Positions 39,563-52,623 of a stretch of 64,000 bases of DNA are shown piece by piece; the first letter of the stretch is position 1; each line of letters begins with the position of its first letter. The DNA lies in NCBI RefSeq assembly GCF_964204865.1, contig NC_135252.1, positions 16,182,001-16,246,000 on the forward strand, in the 5' to 3' direction. The notes under the pieces are model-generated. The model was not told the origin of the DNA, searched no databases, and saw nothing but the letters and a program-made list of their open reading frames with translations. The DNA is from Styela clava (lineage: Eukaryota). The position numbers and the translations under genes are program-made.

Positions 39563-41227
39563 ATTTTATTGAATCTTCCAGGGAACAGTCGTACTGACAA
39601 ATTTATGGAATTCCAACGGTAAATCGTAACTGTACCGAGCTTACGTAGGTGTTTACTTCATCTGATGGGCAATAACAAATGTGCTGTAATAAATAAAACA
39701 CGAATTGGAGATTAATATTTAACTAAAATTAATGGTGTTGTTGCACCATTCCCGATAAATGTTTCGAAAATGGGGTTTCATTTGGGGATATCCCTGGGTG
39801 TGTGTACATAAACCATATTTTGCTAATTTGGCGAATAAATACAGACGCGATATAAGACATGTTGTATTGTGGAGTAGGGTTTATGGTCTACGGTTGAATA
39901 TTACGTTTTTCCTAAAATAATGATTCAATTAAATATTTCAATCCGAGAATGATTTTATAAATCAAGCTTTAGAAATTAAATAGTCATTTAAAATTGAAAT
40001 ATTTTTTAAAGATGGCGGAATAATTATTTAACCAGAAAATGTAGATTTAGTTGAAATTACGTTATTTTAGATTAGGGAACAACAAACATATCCGTAACAT
40101 TTAATGATAATGAAAAAATGCGATTTTGCTTCATGTCAATATTTATTCATCAAAGACAACTTTACTGGTTGTTTCTCGGACGTTCGAGTCAAAATCAAAC
40201 AATGCTCTAAAGTCAAAGTGAAGTAAATTTGGCGTTCGTAAATGAAATTAATAAGGATTTATGTATAGTATTCGTAGAGAAAGTTAGTGAGATCGGAGTG
40301 GCAATTTTAGAGTACTTTGCGAATGTCTGTCGTCTTTCCCTATAAGTGCCGGTTCTCTCTATAAGTACTTTCCCATTTGATCTGTGGAAATTTGTATCGT
40401 ATAACAATATTCGATGTGTATTTCACTTCAAAGTAGGCATCGTGAAGAATTTGCTAAACAGGTAATGGCCCAGCGAAATTTTCAAATATATATCACAAGA
40501 GTTATTATAATGCTTTTTGTGGTGCTCTTTCAGCCTATGTGCACATAACTATCTTGTAGTGTTTACTGCTCGAGCTCAGTGTAGGCACAGTCGGGTGTTC
40601 ATTATTATCATCTTTTTTTTGTGGCACAGATCGCGTATAATTAATAGAATTGAAAAAGTACAATAAAAATGTTGAAACAATTCCAATACAATTAAATTAA
40701 AGATGCTTATTTGGGGAGTTGGTCAATATTCTTCAACGTTTTTTTTAACTCCATGTCGATATCCGAAGTAAAGGCATATTATTTGAAATTAAATTACAGA
40801 TAAGGTGGTACTGAAACTTAACTAAATAACATAATTTGACAGATTGTCAATAAATTGATTGTACAGAGAACTTGATCTCGTATCAAACGCAACCACCTAA
40901 AAACTAATGATTGGTGAACATTTGCGATAAGGCATCTGTTTAGTTAAAACGATTATACTCGCTACAATCGGACAGGGAAATCGGGCTTTCTTCAATGCTT
41001 CCCAAAACATGGAGAATATCACTAGGCGGAACTTGCTTTTTTCTGCTGTGCAATTTCCCATCAATGTGATAAACACATTTTTATTAATGATTAGAGCTTA
41101 TTTAAAGTCAAAGTGGAAAGATAGAGTGTACGAACATTGGAATCACTAGTTCAGAATTAACTAGATAATTATACATGACTGATAATAGAATATTAGCTTA
41201 TAATAAAACAAAACGATTTTTATTCAG

Positions 41228-41542
41228 AAAAGTAATTGGGTGGGATTGATAAAGCCCGTATCAAACTTCTTGGATGGGATCGTGATTCTTTGGAAAAACT
41301 GGCCTATCTGAAAAGCGAGGTTAGGTCTGTTTTTAAAACTTATTGATCCTTCTTTATTTCTTTCATCATTCTTCTAGCATTTTGTCTTCTTACTGTTATT
41401 TATCTGTATATATATATATAGGACAACGGCTCTTTTCAAGAATTTTTGGAGAATGCGAAGGACGAATTCAAAGACGAATTGTCGGATGACGAAATGAACA
41501 AATTGGTTTCTGCATTGAATTCAGTCTCTGGAATGAATCTGG
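41228..41542 (+). pseudogene. Prepropeptide copy K (exons 2-3 only)
   Basis: Exon 2 frameshifted (aaa gta att ggg tgg gat tga); exon 3 (41422-41542) open; exons 1 and 4 missing. Confidence 0.85.
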
Positions 41543-41703
41543 GTAAAATGTGATATAAACAAGAAGAAGATGCTCTGATACATCCTGTAGTTGAAACTAG
41601 CACTCAATATTTTGATATTTGTATCGCTTTCACTATTCTTATACAAAAAATTTAAAAATGCCACCACGAGATAGATTTTCAATATATATCATATTATGAC
41701 TTA

Positions 41704-42480
41704 TTAAACAAAATTCCTAAATTTAAAAGGCTAGTTTTGTTAAATTGTGATATACAGTGATATAGAACAATCTGATGTATATTTCAACTTTATAGTGTAC
41801 ATATGAAGTAAAAACTTGAAATTTAGAAATATATATTACCATAAAGAAAAAACAAATAAATTTGCCCCGTCTTATGTATGAACGCTCTGAAGCAAACGTG
41901 TTTTTTTTATTAATTCGGGATCCTGATTGTTTGCGGACTCATTAGAACAATCGTGGCATTAATGATTTTATACGTTAAATATATATTATGTTATTACGGC
42001 AATGTCATAAATAAATGCAACTTGAAGTTTTTAGTTTCGTGAAATGACAAATTTAAGATTCTAAGCTTTTAGTTTCAATTTTTAACCGGAATCATGAAAG
42101 AAAAAAATAAACCTAATTCAAAAATGATAAAGTTGAATAAAAATTCCTACCTCACCAACTCCAACAAGTGCTCTGCCAAACAATGACGAAGATTGAATCC
42201 AACATTTCATCACGAACGTTAATATTTAAGCAAAGTCGTATGACCTTAATTGCGGAAATACATACTTCACCCACATGGCTTGGTAATGTACGTGGATATG
42301 TGAGTATACTCTTGGAAATTTGGAGCAAATATTGCTTTTACTAGAATTTTTGAGTATTGAATGAAAGCGATAAAAAGCTGTCTATGGGATTATAAGTTAT
42401 TACTTGAATTTTTTAGTTTTTGAAACAGTCCATTTTCAAATTTATTTGCCATCGAATCAATTTTAACAGCTAATATAAAA
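41704..42480 (+). repeat. Segmental duplicate of about 63225-64000
   Basis: Collinear high similarity starting ttaaacaaaattcctaaatt.aaaaggctagttttg; the second copy runs off the window end. Confidence 0.85.
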
Positions 42481-43446
42481 ATATAATCATTCTTGATGAA
42501 TGAATACTCGGAAGATGAATTGTCAGAAACGTGGTATGCATTCGGATAATTCTAGAAAAAACGATCAATTTTTGTGGCATTAAATACAGGAAGTTGATCG
42601 TTAAAGTGCCAACACAATAGTGTACTGAATCTAATTTATGGAATCCAGCTTTACATTCATCCATTGTTTCACTTAGTTATCGTTTCTGATTTTTAATGTG
42701 ACTCCGTCGTTACCAGGTGGAATACGTCATTTGAAATTGTTGCATGACATTATATTCAAAATTTAGAATTGGGATCTAAACCATCGTAACCAGACTTTTG
42801 CGCATAATAAATAAATCTCAATTGTAATGAGAATAATATGAATTTGTAATAAGAAATATCGAGAATTCAATTCAGGTTCAGAATATCTTCCAATATGGTC
42901 TGACGTCAAGTTTCCTCTCAATATTCACTTCTATTTATGCTATTTTGTTCTATTTATTAATTAACCTCCGATGAAACGGTTAATACAACCAAACACACCA
43001 AAGAAACGGAAAGCACACAACAAAATCAACAATACCAGGCAGTAAAATGTAAGAAAGCAATATACATCATAGAAACACTGACGGCCCCTGAACTAGCTAC
43101 TACAATTTGCAAAATAGGCTGAAAATAAATTATGACAGGCATTTTAAAATACTCCAAACAATTCTATATGTTCACAACATTTGAACAGAACTGATGATAG
43201 CTAATTCCATGATAAAACTAACAAGAGAGCAATGCTCAAATATATGGACACGCAGAACAATTCCCCAAAAATCATATGCGGTGACCAACGACTAACATAC
43301 CGTCGGTGACTTACCAGTACCTGTATCGGGGTACCGTGACGGTACAGGGACTGTCATAGATATTTTAGGTCCTGTGACAATTGAAACATCAGTTGAAATA
43401 TCTCGTGATATGAGTCAATTATGTACCGTATTATCGGATCAGGTAC

Positions 43447-44368
43447 TGTAAGTTCGAAAATTGGCATTATCTTCTATCAATGGGGATTTCCCTAAAGTGA
43501 AACGACAAATGGAAAATTCCAGCTGTCCACATATGTTGCAATCGACTCTCGCTGGACAAGTCTAATCTTGCCTCGCTCTCACGTGACTCGCTGCCGTGTT
43601 TGACGGCAGTCGTTGCTTAATATTCGCATAGATTGCTTTTTATGTGTTAAATTAGTTACGTTTAACGTCCGGTTGTAGGGATAATAATTGCCCATACCTA
43701 AGGCTTATGTTATTGGAACATATAACTGCTGTAACTTTTATTGTAGAATATTATATAAGCTATAAATAGACTGTAATTTGATTGATTGATTCTCTGAATC
43801 CTGAACTGAAATTGAAGTTATTTCTGAATATTTGTTATCGCTTGGCTTAAAACGTTTCGGTAAGTTTTAGTATTTGTTGTTTATGATAAGAATTCTTGTT
43901 ATTAGTTCAAATAATATTCCAAATAATAATAATTAATTGGTATTTAAATAGTATATAGTATTTCATGTTAATTAAATACTGTCAGTAGAGCTAGACAATG
44001 TCGCATTGTTTAATGATTAAGTTTGCAAGTGCTTTAATGCATTATTGTTATTTTCTGTGGTCTGTATTTGAATATTTTCATTTAAATTCAGAAAACCGCT
44101 ACGCTACACATCACCATACACATTGCATCATTCTGTTATTAGTACGCTACACCTCTTTAACCTCATTCAACATTGTGAACTGTTTTATTGGATTTAATTC
44201 AATATATCAAATTTCATTGTACAACATTTGATATTTGTGGCATTGGAGGACACACTGAGAGTTGCGCGTTTTCGAATAGTTTTTCAAGAACCAAAGAACA
44301 GCCAGATATTTCAGTCACCCCCTTATGCGACACCTGTATTTGCCAGGATACATAGAAAAGGTGTTACA
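43447..44368 (+). repeat. 5' LTR
   Basis: Six substitutions versus the 3' LTR by manual comparison. Confidence 0.95.
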
Positions 44369-44391
44369 TAATAAGTTTTCGAAACGAAATC

Positions 44392-47300
44392 ATGAACTTG
44401 AGTTCGAGTGATGAAGATTACTCACCCAGAAAACTGGCTTTGAGGCAACTGACTAACTATACAACAGCCGCTTGTCAGAAGATGCCATCACTGGCTGATG
44501 TCAAAAAACAACGTACAACATTAGAACATTTATATTTCATGGCTGAAAAAGCAATTGCTGATCAGGATTTGCATGTGCTAAATTCTGTTATGTCAAGTAT
44601 TGATGATCCTTTTGCCAAACTTGTGGAAATGTACTCTGAGAGTATATCAGCTGCACCCAATGATGAAATAAGATTGAAATTCGAAAATGAACTTTGGAAT
44701 GTGAATAAAGACATTGACAACCTTTTTGCTCGAGTACGTGAATTCACACATTTACAAAACCCCAAAACGTGGAGTTCAAATCAATGCAAAGATTCTGAAC
44801 TTCCCGATTCCAGAAGAGAAAGAGCGGAAAGTGAAGTCGTGTCCTTGTCTGGTAGCATACGAAGTAAACGCTCTTATGCGAGTAGCAAGACATCAATATG
44901 CAGCAAAGGGTCTGTACATATGGCCAAGGCACAAGTTAAGCGTGAAAGAGCTCGAATTGCATTGCAAAGAACAGAAGCAAAGCAGAGAATTGAAGATGAA
45001 AAACGCAAAATTGAACATGAAAATCAAATATTGGAAGCAAAATTTGATTTGCAAGAAGCAGAGGCTGCTGTTTGGGAGAATTTGTCTGTGGTTGATGATG
45101 CTGGAAGTTCTCGGTCTTCATCAGATATATTCATCAGATCTGGTGTTCAAAAGGAAGCTACAGCTGTAGTAACTTCGCGGACTGTAGAACACGAACAACA
45201 ACCTGAGAGAAACGTTACTAATCAACAGGTGGTAAGTCAATCATCTCCTATCGCTACAACTAAACCTGCTGTTTCACCTAAACAAGATGTGGTGTCTTCA
45301 AGCAATGATGACAGCGTGAATTCTGGATTTTCCCAACAGTCCGCTGATTTTGCACTGAACACAGATTCAAATAATGAACATAATATATCTAAACCTTTGG
45401 TCACTGACACTGATAAATTTGCTCAGAGTATAGCCAGAGCTTTTGGTGAAGCCATGCATGCTCCAAAGTTGGAATATTTGACATTTTCTGGTAATCCTAT
45501 TAACTACTATATTTTCAAGAAAAATTTTGAAACTAATATTGATGCTAAAGCACCCACAGATGCCTTGAAATTAGCTTTCTTACTGCATCAATGCAAAGGA
45601 AAAGCGAAATCGCTCATACAACACTGTTCTATATTTGAACCAGAAGTGGGTTATGCCAAGGCTAAAGATATTCTTCATAAGAAATTTGGAGATTCAGATG
45701 TTGTAACTGAAGCTTTTAAAGAACAGTTGCATCGTTGTTCGAATATAAAACCAGATGATCATGCAGCACTGCAAGACTATGCTCTTTTAATGAGAAAATG
45801 TGTTCTTGTGCTCGGTAAGCTTGATAGCCTTGGAGAAATGAATACATCTGATCGTATTATCGATTTTGCCAGTAAGCTACCATACAGCTCACAGAAAGGA
45901 TGGGAAAGGAAAGCTGTGAAGATCAAAAATAATACTGGTAAAAAGGCTCAGATATGGGACTTGGCTGATTTCATTGAAGAGGAAGCTGATATTGCAGGTT
46001 CAAATACTGCGAAATCATTGAACATCAGAAGACGTGAAGATAAGCCACAACAAAAACGGCAATCAACACGAAAGTCTACAACTTATACTGTGAAAACTGA
46101 GGATGTCAAAGCAACTTCTCATGTCCAGAGTCCTGCTATTTTAAAATGTAAGTGTTGTTCCTTTTCCCACCTTTTGTCAAAATGTGAAAAGTTTAATTCT
46201 AAATCGATTGAAGAACGAGTAAAATTCCTGAAAGAAATTGGTTTCTGCTTCAATTGTCTACGTGGAGGTCACTTGGTAAAGGACTGCAAGTCACAATATA
46301 CATGCTCTGTTAAAGGGTGTGGACGAAGACATCATACTTTGTTGCATTTAAATACAAAGAAATTAGAAAATGAAGAAAATGCAAACTTCAAAAAGAATGA
46401 TGACAAACAAAGCTCAATTCAGAAGAATGTGACTACTGCAGTTCAAGCTAATTCAAATGCATGCAAGAGCTCCATGTATACTTACAGAAATATTTTGCCT
46501 GTCAGGATTCGAGCAAATAACGTTGAAGTGGAAACATATGCTCTGGTCGATATTGGGTCCGACACAACTTTTTGTGAAACAAGCTTAATTGAAGAACTTG
46601 GTTTGACTGGAAAACAAAGAACTGTTGAAATCAACACATTAGGACAACGACCAGTCATGCATGATGGTGTTGTTGTAAATCTCACTGTTGCATCAATTGA
46701 CGATGCAGAAGAAATATTCATTGAAAATGTGATGTCTATTGACAAGATTCCAGTTCAACCAAATCCTATTCCATCTGAAGAAGAACTCAAGCTACTTCCT
46801 CATCTGCAAGAACTTAATCTACGTAAAATTAAAAATAAAAATGTTTCTCTGCTTATTGGAACTGATTGTCCATATGCACATCATGTGTTGGAAGTTCGAA
46901 CTGGAAACAAGAAGCAGCCATTTGCACAAAAGTCTCCATTGGGATGGTCGATTATTGGACCATCAGTGAATATGCCATCAACGCACAAGATTCATGTCAA
47001 CTTTGTGAAGTCTGATATGTTACTCGAAGAAGAGATAAGAAGAACATGGTACACTGATTTTGAAGATGAGATTGGAGATTTGACATTTCCAACCTCGAAA
47101 GAAGATAGACATGTTCTAAATTTTCTGAAGAGCTCTGTAGAGCATTTCGATGGTCATTTCACAATACCTTTACCTTGGCGTCCTGGGACACAGCTGCAGA
47201 GCGGAAGTCTTGCATTGGCTGAACGCAGATTGGAGTATCTCCATAAACGTTTGTCTAAAAATGATGATTTGAGAGAGAAATACACAGAAAAAATGCAGGA

Positions 47301-48363
47301 ATATATTACAAAAGGTTTTGCGAAAAAGCTTTCGCAAGAAGAAGATATCCCTGCAGGTCCTGTTTGGTATTTGTGCCACCACCCGGTGTGTACCGCAAAC
47401 AAACCGAAAGTGCGTATCGTATTTGATTGTGCTGCAATTTATAAAGGTGTTTCTCTTAATGACACTCTCATGCCTGGACCAGACTTGGTGTCAAGCCTTA
47501 TTGGTGTGTTGACTCAATTTCGTAAGGGACGCATAGCTTTAGTTGCTGATATTGAAGCTATGTTTCATCAAATTAAAGTTAAGAAAGAAGATTGCAATGC
47601 TCTGCGATTTCTTTGGTGGCCAAATGGTGATATTTTAAAGAAGGCAGAATTATATTTCATGGAACGTCATATATTTGGAGCTTGCAGTTCACCTTGCATT
47701 GCTTCATTCTGCTTGAAGGAAACCGGAAAACGATTTGGTCATGAATTTGATAAAAGAATTTGTGAGATTATTGAAAATGGATTTTATGTAGATGACTGTC
47801 TTACATCTTCTGATAGTGATGAAGATGCAATAAACACAAAAACACAACTTTGTAATTTGATGAAGAAGGGAGGTTTCAATCTAACGAAGTGGATTTCAAA
47901 TAGTTCCACTGTGATGGCCAATATCCCAGAATCTGAACATACCAAATCTGTGAAAGAGTTGGATTTGCATGAACCTCGAAAAGAGCGTGTTCTTGGAGTT
48001 TTCTGGAATGTAGATGCCGATGCTTTTCAATTTCGTTCAACTGTACCTAAGTTGAAGACATATACAAGAAGGACAATTTTATCTGCAGTTAATTCACTAT
48101 TTGATCCCCTGGGAATGCTCGCTCCCGTGATTCTGGTAGCAAAAATGTTGCAACAAGAAATCATCGAAAAAGGTTTCGGCTGGGATGAAGTAATTACAGA
48201 AGACAATATTAAAGACTGGGACACTTGGTTCAAACAGCTCACTGATCTTGAATATATTTCGATTCCAAGATGTTTCAAGCCACAAGAATTTGGAAATATC
48301 AAACATTGTGAGATACACCATTTTTCAGATGCTTCTAGCTTCGTATTTGAGGCTGGTCGATGA
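44392..48363 (+). CDS. BEL/Pao gag-protease-RT polyprotein, N-terminal part (frameshifted in RNase H)
   Basis: Triple Cys/His knuckle (CKCCSFSHLLSKC, CFNCLRGGHLVKDC, CSVKGCGRRHHTLLH), protease ALVDIGSD, RT KVRIVFD / ADIEAMFHQI / YVDD, RNase H start HHFSDAS. Confidence 0.93.
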   Translation: MNLSSSDEDYSPRKLALRQLTNYTTAACQKMPSLADVKKQRTTLEHLYFMAEKAIADQDLHVLNSVMSSIDDPFAKLVEMYSESISAAPNDEIRLKFENELWNVNKDIDNLFARVREFTHLQNPKTWSSNQCKDSELPDSRRERAESEVVSLSGSIRSKRSYASSKTSICSKGSVHMAKAQVKRERARIALQRTEAKQRIEDEKRKIEHENQILEAKFDLQEAEAAVWENLSVVDDAGSSRSSSDIFIRSGVQKEATAVVTSRTVEHEQQPERNVTNQQVVSQSSPIATTKPAVSPKQDVVSSSNDDSVNSGFSQQSADFALNTDSNNEHNISKPLVTDTDKFAQSIARAFGEAMHAPKLEYLTFSGNPINYYIFKKNFETNIDAKAPTDALKLAFLLHQCKGKAKSLIQHCSIFEPEVGYAKAKDILHKKFGDSDVVTEAFKEQLHRCSNIKPDDHAALQDYALLMRKCVLVLGKLDSLGEMNTSDRIIDFASKLPYSSQKGWERKAVKIKNNTGKKAQIWDLADFIEEEADIAGSNTAKSLNIRRREDKPQQKRQSTRKSTTYTVKTEDVKATSHVQSPAILKCKCCSFSHLLSKCEKFNSKSIEERVKFLKEIGFCFNCLRGGHLVKDCKSQYTCSVKGCGRRHHTLLHLNTKKLENEENANFKKNDDKQSSIQKNVTTAVQANSNACKSSMYTYRNILPVRIRANNVEVETYALVDIGSDTTFCETSLIEELGLTGKQRTVEINTLGQRPVMHDGVVVNLTVASIDDAEEIFIENVMSIDKIPVQPNPIPSEEELKLLPHLQELNLRKIKNKNVSLLIGTDCPYAHHVLEVRTGNKKQPFAQKSPLGWSIIGPSVNMPSTHKIHVNFVKSDMLLEEEIRRTWYTDFEDEIGDLTFPTSKEDRHVLNFLKSSVEHFDGHFTIPLPWRPGTQLQSGSLALAERRLEYLHKRLSKNDDLREKYTEKMQEYITKGFAKKLSQEEDIPAGPVWYLCHHPVCTANKPKVRIVFDCAAIYKGVSLNDTLMPGPDLVSSLIGVLTQFRKGRIALVADIEAMFHQIKVKKEDCNALRFLWWPNGDILKKAELYFMERHIFGACSSPCIASFCLKETGKRFGHEFDKRICEIIENGFYVDDCLTSSDSDEDAINTKTQLCNLMKKGGFNLTKWISNSSTVMANIPESEHTKSVKELDLHEPRKERVLGVFWNVDADAFQFRSTVPKLKTYTRRTILSAVNSLFDPLGMLAPVILVAKMLQQEIIEKGFGWDEVITEDNIKDWDTWFKQLTDLEYISIPRCFKPQEFGNIKHCEIHHFSDASSFVFEAGR

Positions 48364-50380
48364 AAATAATCAAATACACTGCTCATTTTTATGTGGTAAA
48401 GCAAAGGTGGCTCCTCCGAGGGCTGAAAGCATTCCTAGACTTGAACTTGTTGCTGCTGTGCTAGCTGTAAAGGCAGATAAGTGGCTACGATTAAAGTTGA
48501 ATTATTCCGATTGTGAGTCCGTATTTTGGACTGATTCGAGTGCAGTGCGTCAAAGCATATGTAATCCAAGAAAACGTTTTCGTACCTTCGTTGCAAATAG
48601 ATTGGCCAAGATTCATCGACAGTCAAAGCCGTCTCAATGGCGACAAGTGCCTTCAAAAATCAATCCGGCTGATGACGCATCACGAGGCTTATCATTGAAA
48701 ACTCTCATCAATAAAAGTCGTTGGCTGCTTGCACCTGAATTTTTATGGAAGACCGAAGATAGTTGGCCAAGAAATTCTGAAGATAAAACGGACCTGCCTG
48801 ATGAATTTCAGCCAATTGAAAGAAAGAAAGTGGCAACAATTATTGCTTCGGATATTGACACAATTGACAACTTCATTAAAAGCTTTTCTGATTTACAAAG
48901 GCTCAAGATTGCCACTGCATGGGTGTTACGCTATAAAAGTTTCCATCGTAACCACAATTCTGTTACCACAAGAAATATAACTGTGGAAGAAATGCAATAC
49001 GCAGAGCAAGCACTTGTGAAATATGTTCAGCAGCAGAATTACAAATCTGTCATTGATAATTTATCAGACAAAAGTGAAATTGGTGACAAGAAGGCTCGTC
49101 ACGAGATGAAGAAAGCTGAGCATACAAAGTCAATTGCAAAACTAGATCCAATTATAACTGATGGAATTCTACGGATTGGGGGGAGGTTGGATAAAGCTCC
49201 TATTTCATTCGAAATGCGACATCCCATCATTTTACCAAATGATCACCACTTAACCAGATTAATCATTGACTTCTATCACAAGAAAGTTGGACATCCAAGT
49301 GTTTCTCATACTTGGAATGTTATTCGTGAAAAATACTGGATCACAAGACCGAGAGCAACAATTCGGCATGAATTAAATAAATGTGTGACCTGCAGAAAAG
49401 CTAACACACGACAAGGAGAACAGTTAATGGCTGAACTGCCATCTGCTCGTCTAAAGGTTGGTCAACCACCATTCTATTCAACAGGAATCGACTTCTTCGG
49501 CCCATATTTGATCAAACGTGGGAGAAGTGAAATCAAAAGATATGGCTGCATATTTACATGCCTCACAACAAGAGCTGTACATATTGAACTGGCAGAAGAT
49601 TTATCCACTGATGCTTTCATAAATGCTCTTAGGAGGTTTATGGCAAGAAGATCAAAACCTTTTGAATTGCACAGTGACAATGGAACTAATTTTGTTGGAG
49701 CAGAACGAATATTACGAGAAGAAATGCATAAGCTCGATCATACCAAATTAGATGGATTCTTCAAAAAACAAGAAATCCGCTGGTATTTCAATACTCCAAC
49801 AGCCAGCAACCAAGGAGGTTCCTGGGAAATTTTAATTCGATCAATAAGAAGAATTTTGAACAAGATATTTTACAAATCTCCTGTTGTATCTCAAGATGTT
49901 CTGCATACTGCACTCCTGGAGGCAGAATACATAATCAATTCAAGACCTTTGTGTCCAGTTTCTTTTGATCCAAGAGATAATGCACCATTATCTCCAAATC
50001 ATCTACTTCTGCAAAAACCAACACCATGTATTTCACCTGGATTATTCAATAATCAAGATTCCTATAGTCGTCTACAGTGGCGTCGAGTTCAACTTCTTGC
50101 TGACGAGTTCTGGAGGAGATTCTGCAAAGAATATTTGCCAACCATAGCCATTCGTCAAAAATGGCCGGACAAGACAAGAAACTTCACTGTTGGGGACATA
50201 GTACTTGTGGTAAACAACAGTGTACCAAGGGGCAAATGGGAAATGGGACGAATTGTCAACACATATCCGGATCGATTTGACATAGTTCGTAATGTAGATG
50301 TCAAAACTCAATGGGGAGTACTGAGAAGACCAATCAACAAGTTATGTCTCATTCAAGAAGCAAATGTGGAAGAAAAGTAA
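48340..50380 (+). CDS. BEL/Pao RNase H-integrase, C-terminal part of the same polyprotein
   Basis: SYLRL..KAKVAP..SIPRLEL, WTDS, NPADDASRG; HHCC zinc motif; DDE core GIDFFGP / SDNGTNF / WE; C-terminal GDIVLV...RPINKL. Confidence 0.93.
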
Positions 50381-50586
50381 TGAAAGAACTGAACTGTTTA
50401 AAACAGTTTTTTATGGACTGTTTATTCAAGATGAGAAATCTTGAAAATATTGCACATTTACATACAAGTTGAGATTTCGTCAATTTTTATTATTTGACCA
50501 TAATTTCGTTTTCTGCAATTTTTGAACTTTTTGTTTTTAAGGGAAATGTATTTATTGTCCCAATGCATACATTTGGGGGGAGTTTA

Positions 50587-51508
50587 TGTAAGTTCGAAAA
50601 TTGGCATTATCTTCTATCAATGGGGATTTCCCTAAAGTGAAACGACAAATGGAAAATTCCAGCTGTCCACATATGTTGCAATCGACTCTCGCTGGACAAG
50701 TCTAATCTTGCCTCGCTCTCACGTGACTCGCTGCCGTGTTTGACGGCAGTCGTTGCTTAATATTCGCATAGATTGCTTTTTATGTGTTAAATTAGTTACG
50801 TTTAACGTCCGGTTGTAGGGATAATAATTGCCCATACCCAAGGCTTATGTTATTGGAACATATAACTGCTGTAACTTTTATTGTAGAATATTATATAGGC
50901 TATAAATAGACTGTAATTTGATTGATTGATTCTCTGAATCCTGAACTGAAATTGAAGTTATTTCTGAATATTTGTTATCGCCTGGCTTAAAACGTTTCGG
51001 TAAGTTTTAGTATTTGTTGTTTATGATAAGAATTCTTGTTATTAGTTCAAATAATATTCCAAATAATAATAATTAATTGGTATTTAAATAGTATATAGTA
51101 TTTCATGTTAATTAAATACTGTCAGTAGAGCTAGACAATGTCACATTGTTTAATGATTAAGTTTGCAAGTGCTTTAATGCATTATTGTTATTTTCTGTGG
51201 TCTGTATTTGAATATTTTCATTTAAATTCAGAAAACCGCTACGCTACACATCACCATACACATTGCATCATTCTGTTATTAGTACGCTACACCTCTTTAA
51301 CCTCATTCAACATTGTGAACTGTTTTATTGGATTTAATTCAATATATCAAATTTCATTGTACAACATTTGATATTTGTGGCATTGGAGGACACACTGAGA
51401 GTTGCGCGTTTTCGAACAGTTTTTCAAGAACCAAAGAACAGCCAGATATTTCAGTCACCCCCTTATGCGACACCTGTATTTGCCAGGATACATAGAAAAT
51501 GTGTTACA
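50587..51508 (+). repeat. 3' LTR
   Basis: Direct repeat of 43447-44368, followed by the GGTAC TSD. Confidence 0.95.
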
Positions 51509-51949
51509 GGTACCGAACCACAGTCAAACATTTCACATAAAAACGTTACTAAATAACATGCGTCAACTTAACACCACCCGAATCGGGGTACAATTTTTGG
51601 TACAGTGACTGTCATAGCCGTTTAGGGCTGATGGACAATTCGACTACACGGACAACTCACCAGGCCTAGGGTGGTGTAGCCAGTCTGCGGACAATTTCAT
51701 TCAAACCGCTATAAAACAAAAACCAATATATCTAACCCGTTAATTTTTTCACCGTGGGTGCATTGGCGGCATTTATTCTACACGCTAAATCTCGTATTAA
51801 CTTTCTACGACAAAGGGTTAAAGCTATACAAATCCCCAAAGTACGGCACTTGAAAGACGTATTTGCGACCGAACGACCAGTGTGCGACCACGGATTTCAA
51901 GCCTTGATCATCGTTTCTGCTGCGTCGAGACTATCGCATACGCAGCCAT

Positions 51950-52623
51950 ACAGCAATCAAACAGACAAAACACGGTGGTCGCAAATTGGTTGACAAAGAT
52001 ATTATCGGCGTATTAGGATAGGATTTACATATTTATCCCGGGGGAGAGAAGTAACTATCAAAGATGGTTAACACAACTCTACCCACCTGCCAAGTTTCAT
52101 CTTTTTATCTCTTATATTTGTATGGACTTTCAAGCTTTTGACAGCTACGAGTTAGTTCAGTGTCACCGCGCTGTGTTACGGTACCAGAACTACTCTATCT
52201 TTAGAAGTTCCTGTCTTGTGACAGCGTGAAAACATTGGGCTTCTAATTGCATTTCTGACCGTCATATATTTCAAGAACACGGTTATTTTGAACAAAACTC
52301 GTTAAATTATAAACAAAGCACCACATCGCAGCAATCAAACAGACGAAAACACGGTGGTCGCAAATTGATTGACAAAGATATTATCGACGTATCGAAAATG
52401 CACACCCCCTATTCCCCCTCCTTCAAATGTAGAAACGCGAAACCTTCAAATATGGTTAAAAGAAACACAACTCTACCCACCTGCCAAGTTTCATCTTTTT
52501 ATCTCTTATATTTGTATGGATTTTCAAGCTTTTGACAGCTACGAGTTAGTTCAGTGTCACCGCGCCGTGTTACGGTACCAGAACTTCTCTATCTTTATAA
52601 GGTCCTGTCTTGTGACAGCGTGA
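51950..52623 (+). repeat. Two tandem copies of a ~280-bp repeat (about 51950-52229 and 52328-52623)
   Basis: cagcaatcaaacagac..aacacggtggtcgcaaatt ... acacaactctacccacctgccaagtttcatc ... ctgtcttgtgacagcgtga occurs twice. Confidence 0.75.

Larger units (their letters stand above)
43447..51508 (+). mobile_element. Full-length BEL/Pao LTR retrotransposon, defective
   Basis: 922-bp LTRs (TGTAAG...TTACA) at 43447-44368 and 50587-51508; 5-bp TSD GGTAC; polypurine tract ggggggag before the 3' LTR; gag-PR-RT-RH-IN order. Confidence 0.97.

Noticed and set aside
43998-44231. Identical 77-aa ORFs at 43998 and 51138
   Set aside because: A by-product of LTR duplication.
48248-48363. Programmed frameshift between the two BEL ORFs
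   Set aside because: BEL/Pao elements normally have one ORF, and the break falls inside the RNase H motif with residues missing, so it is a lesion.
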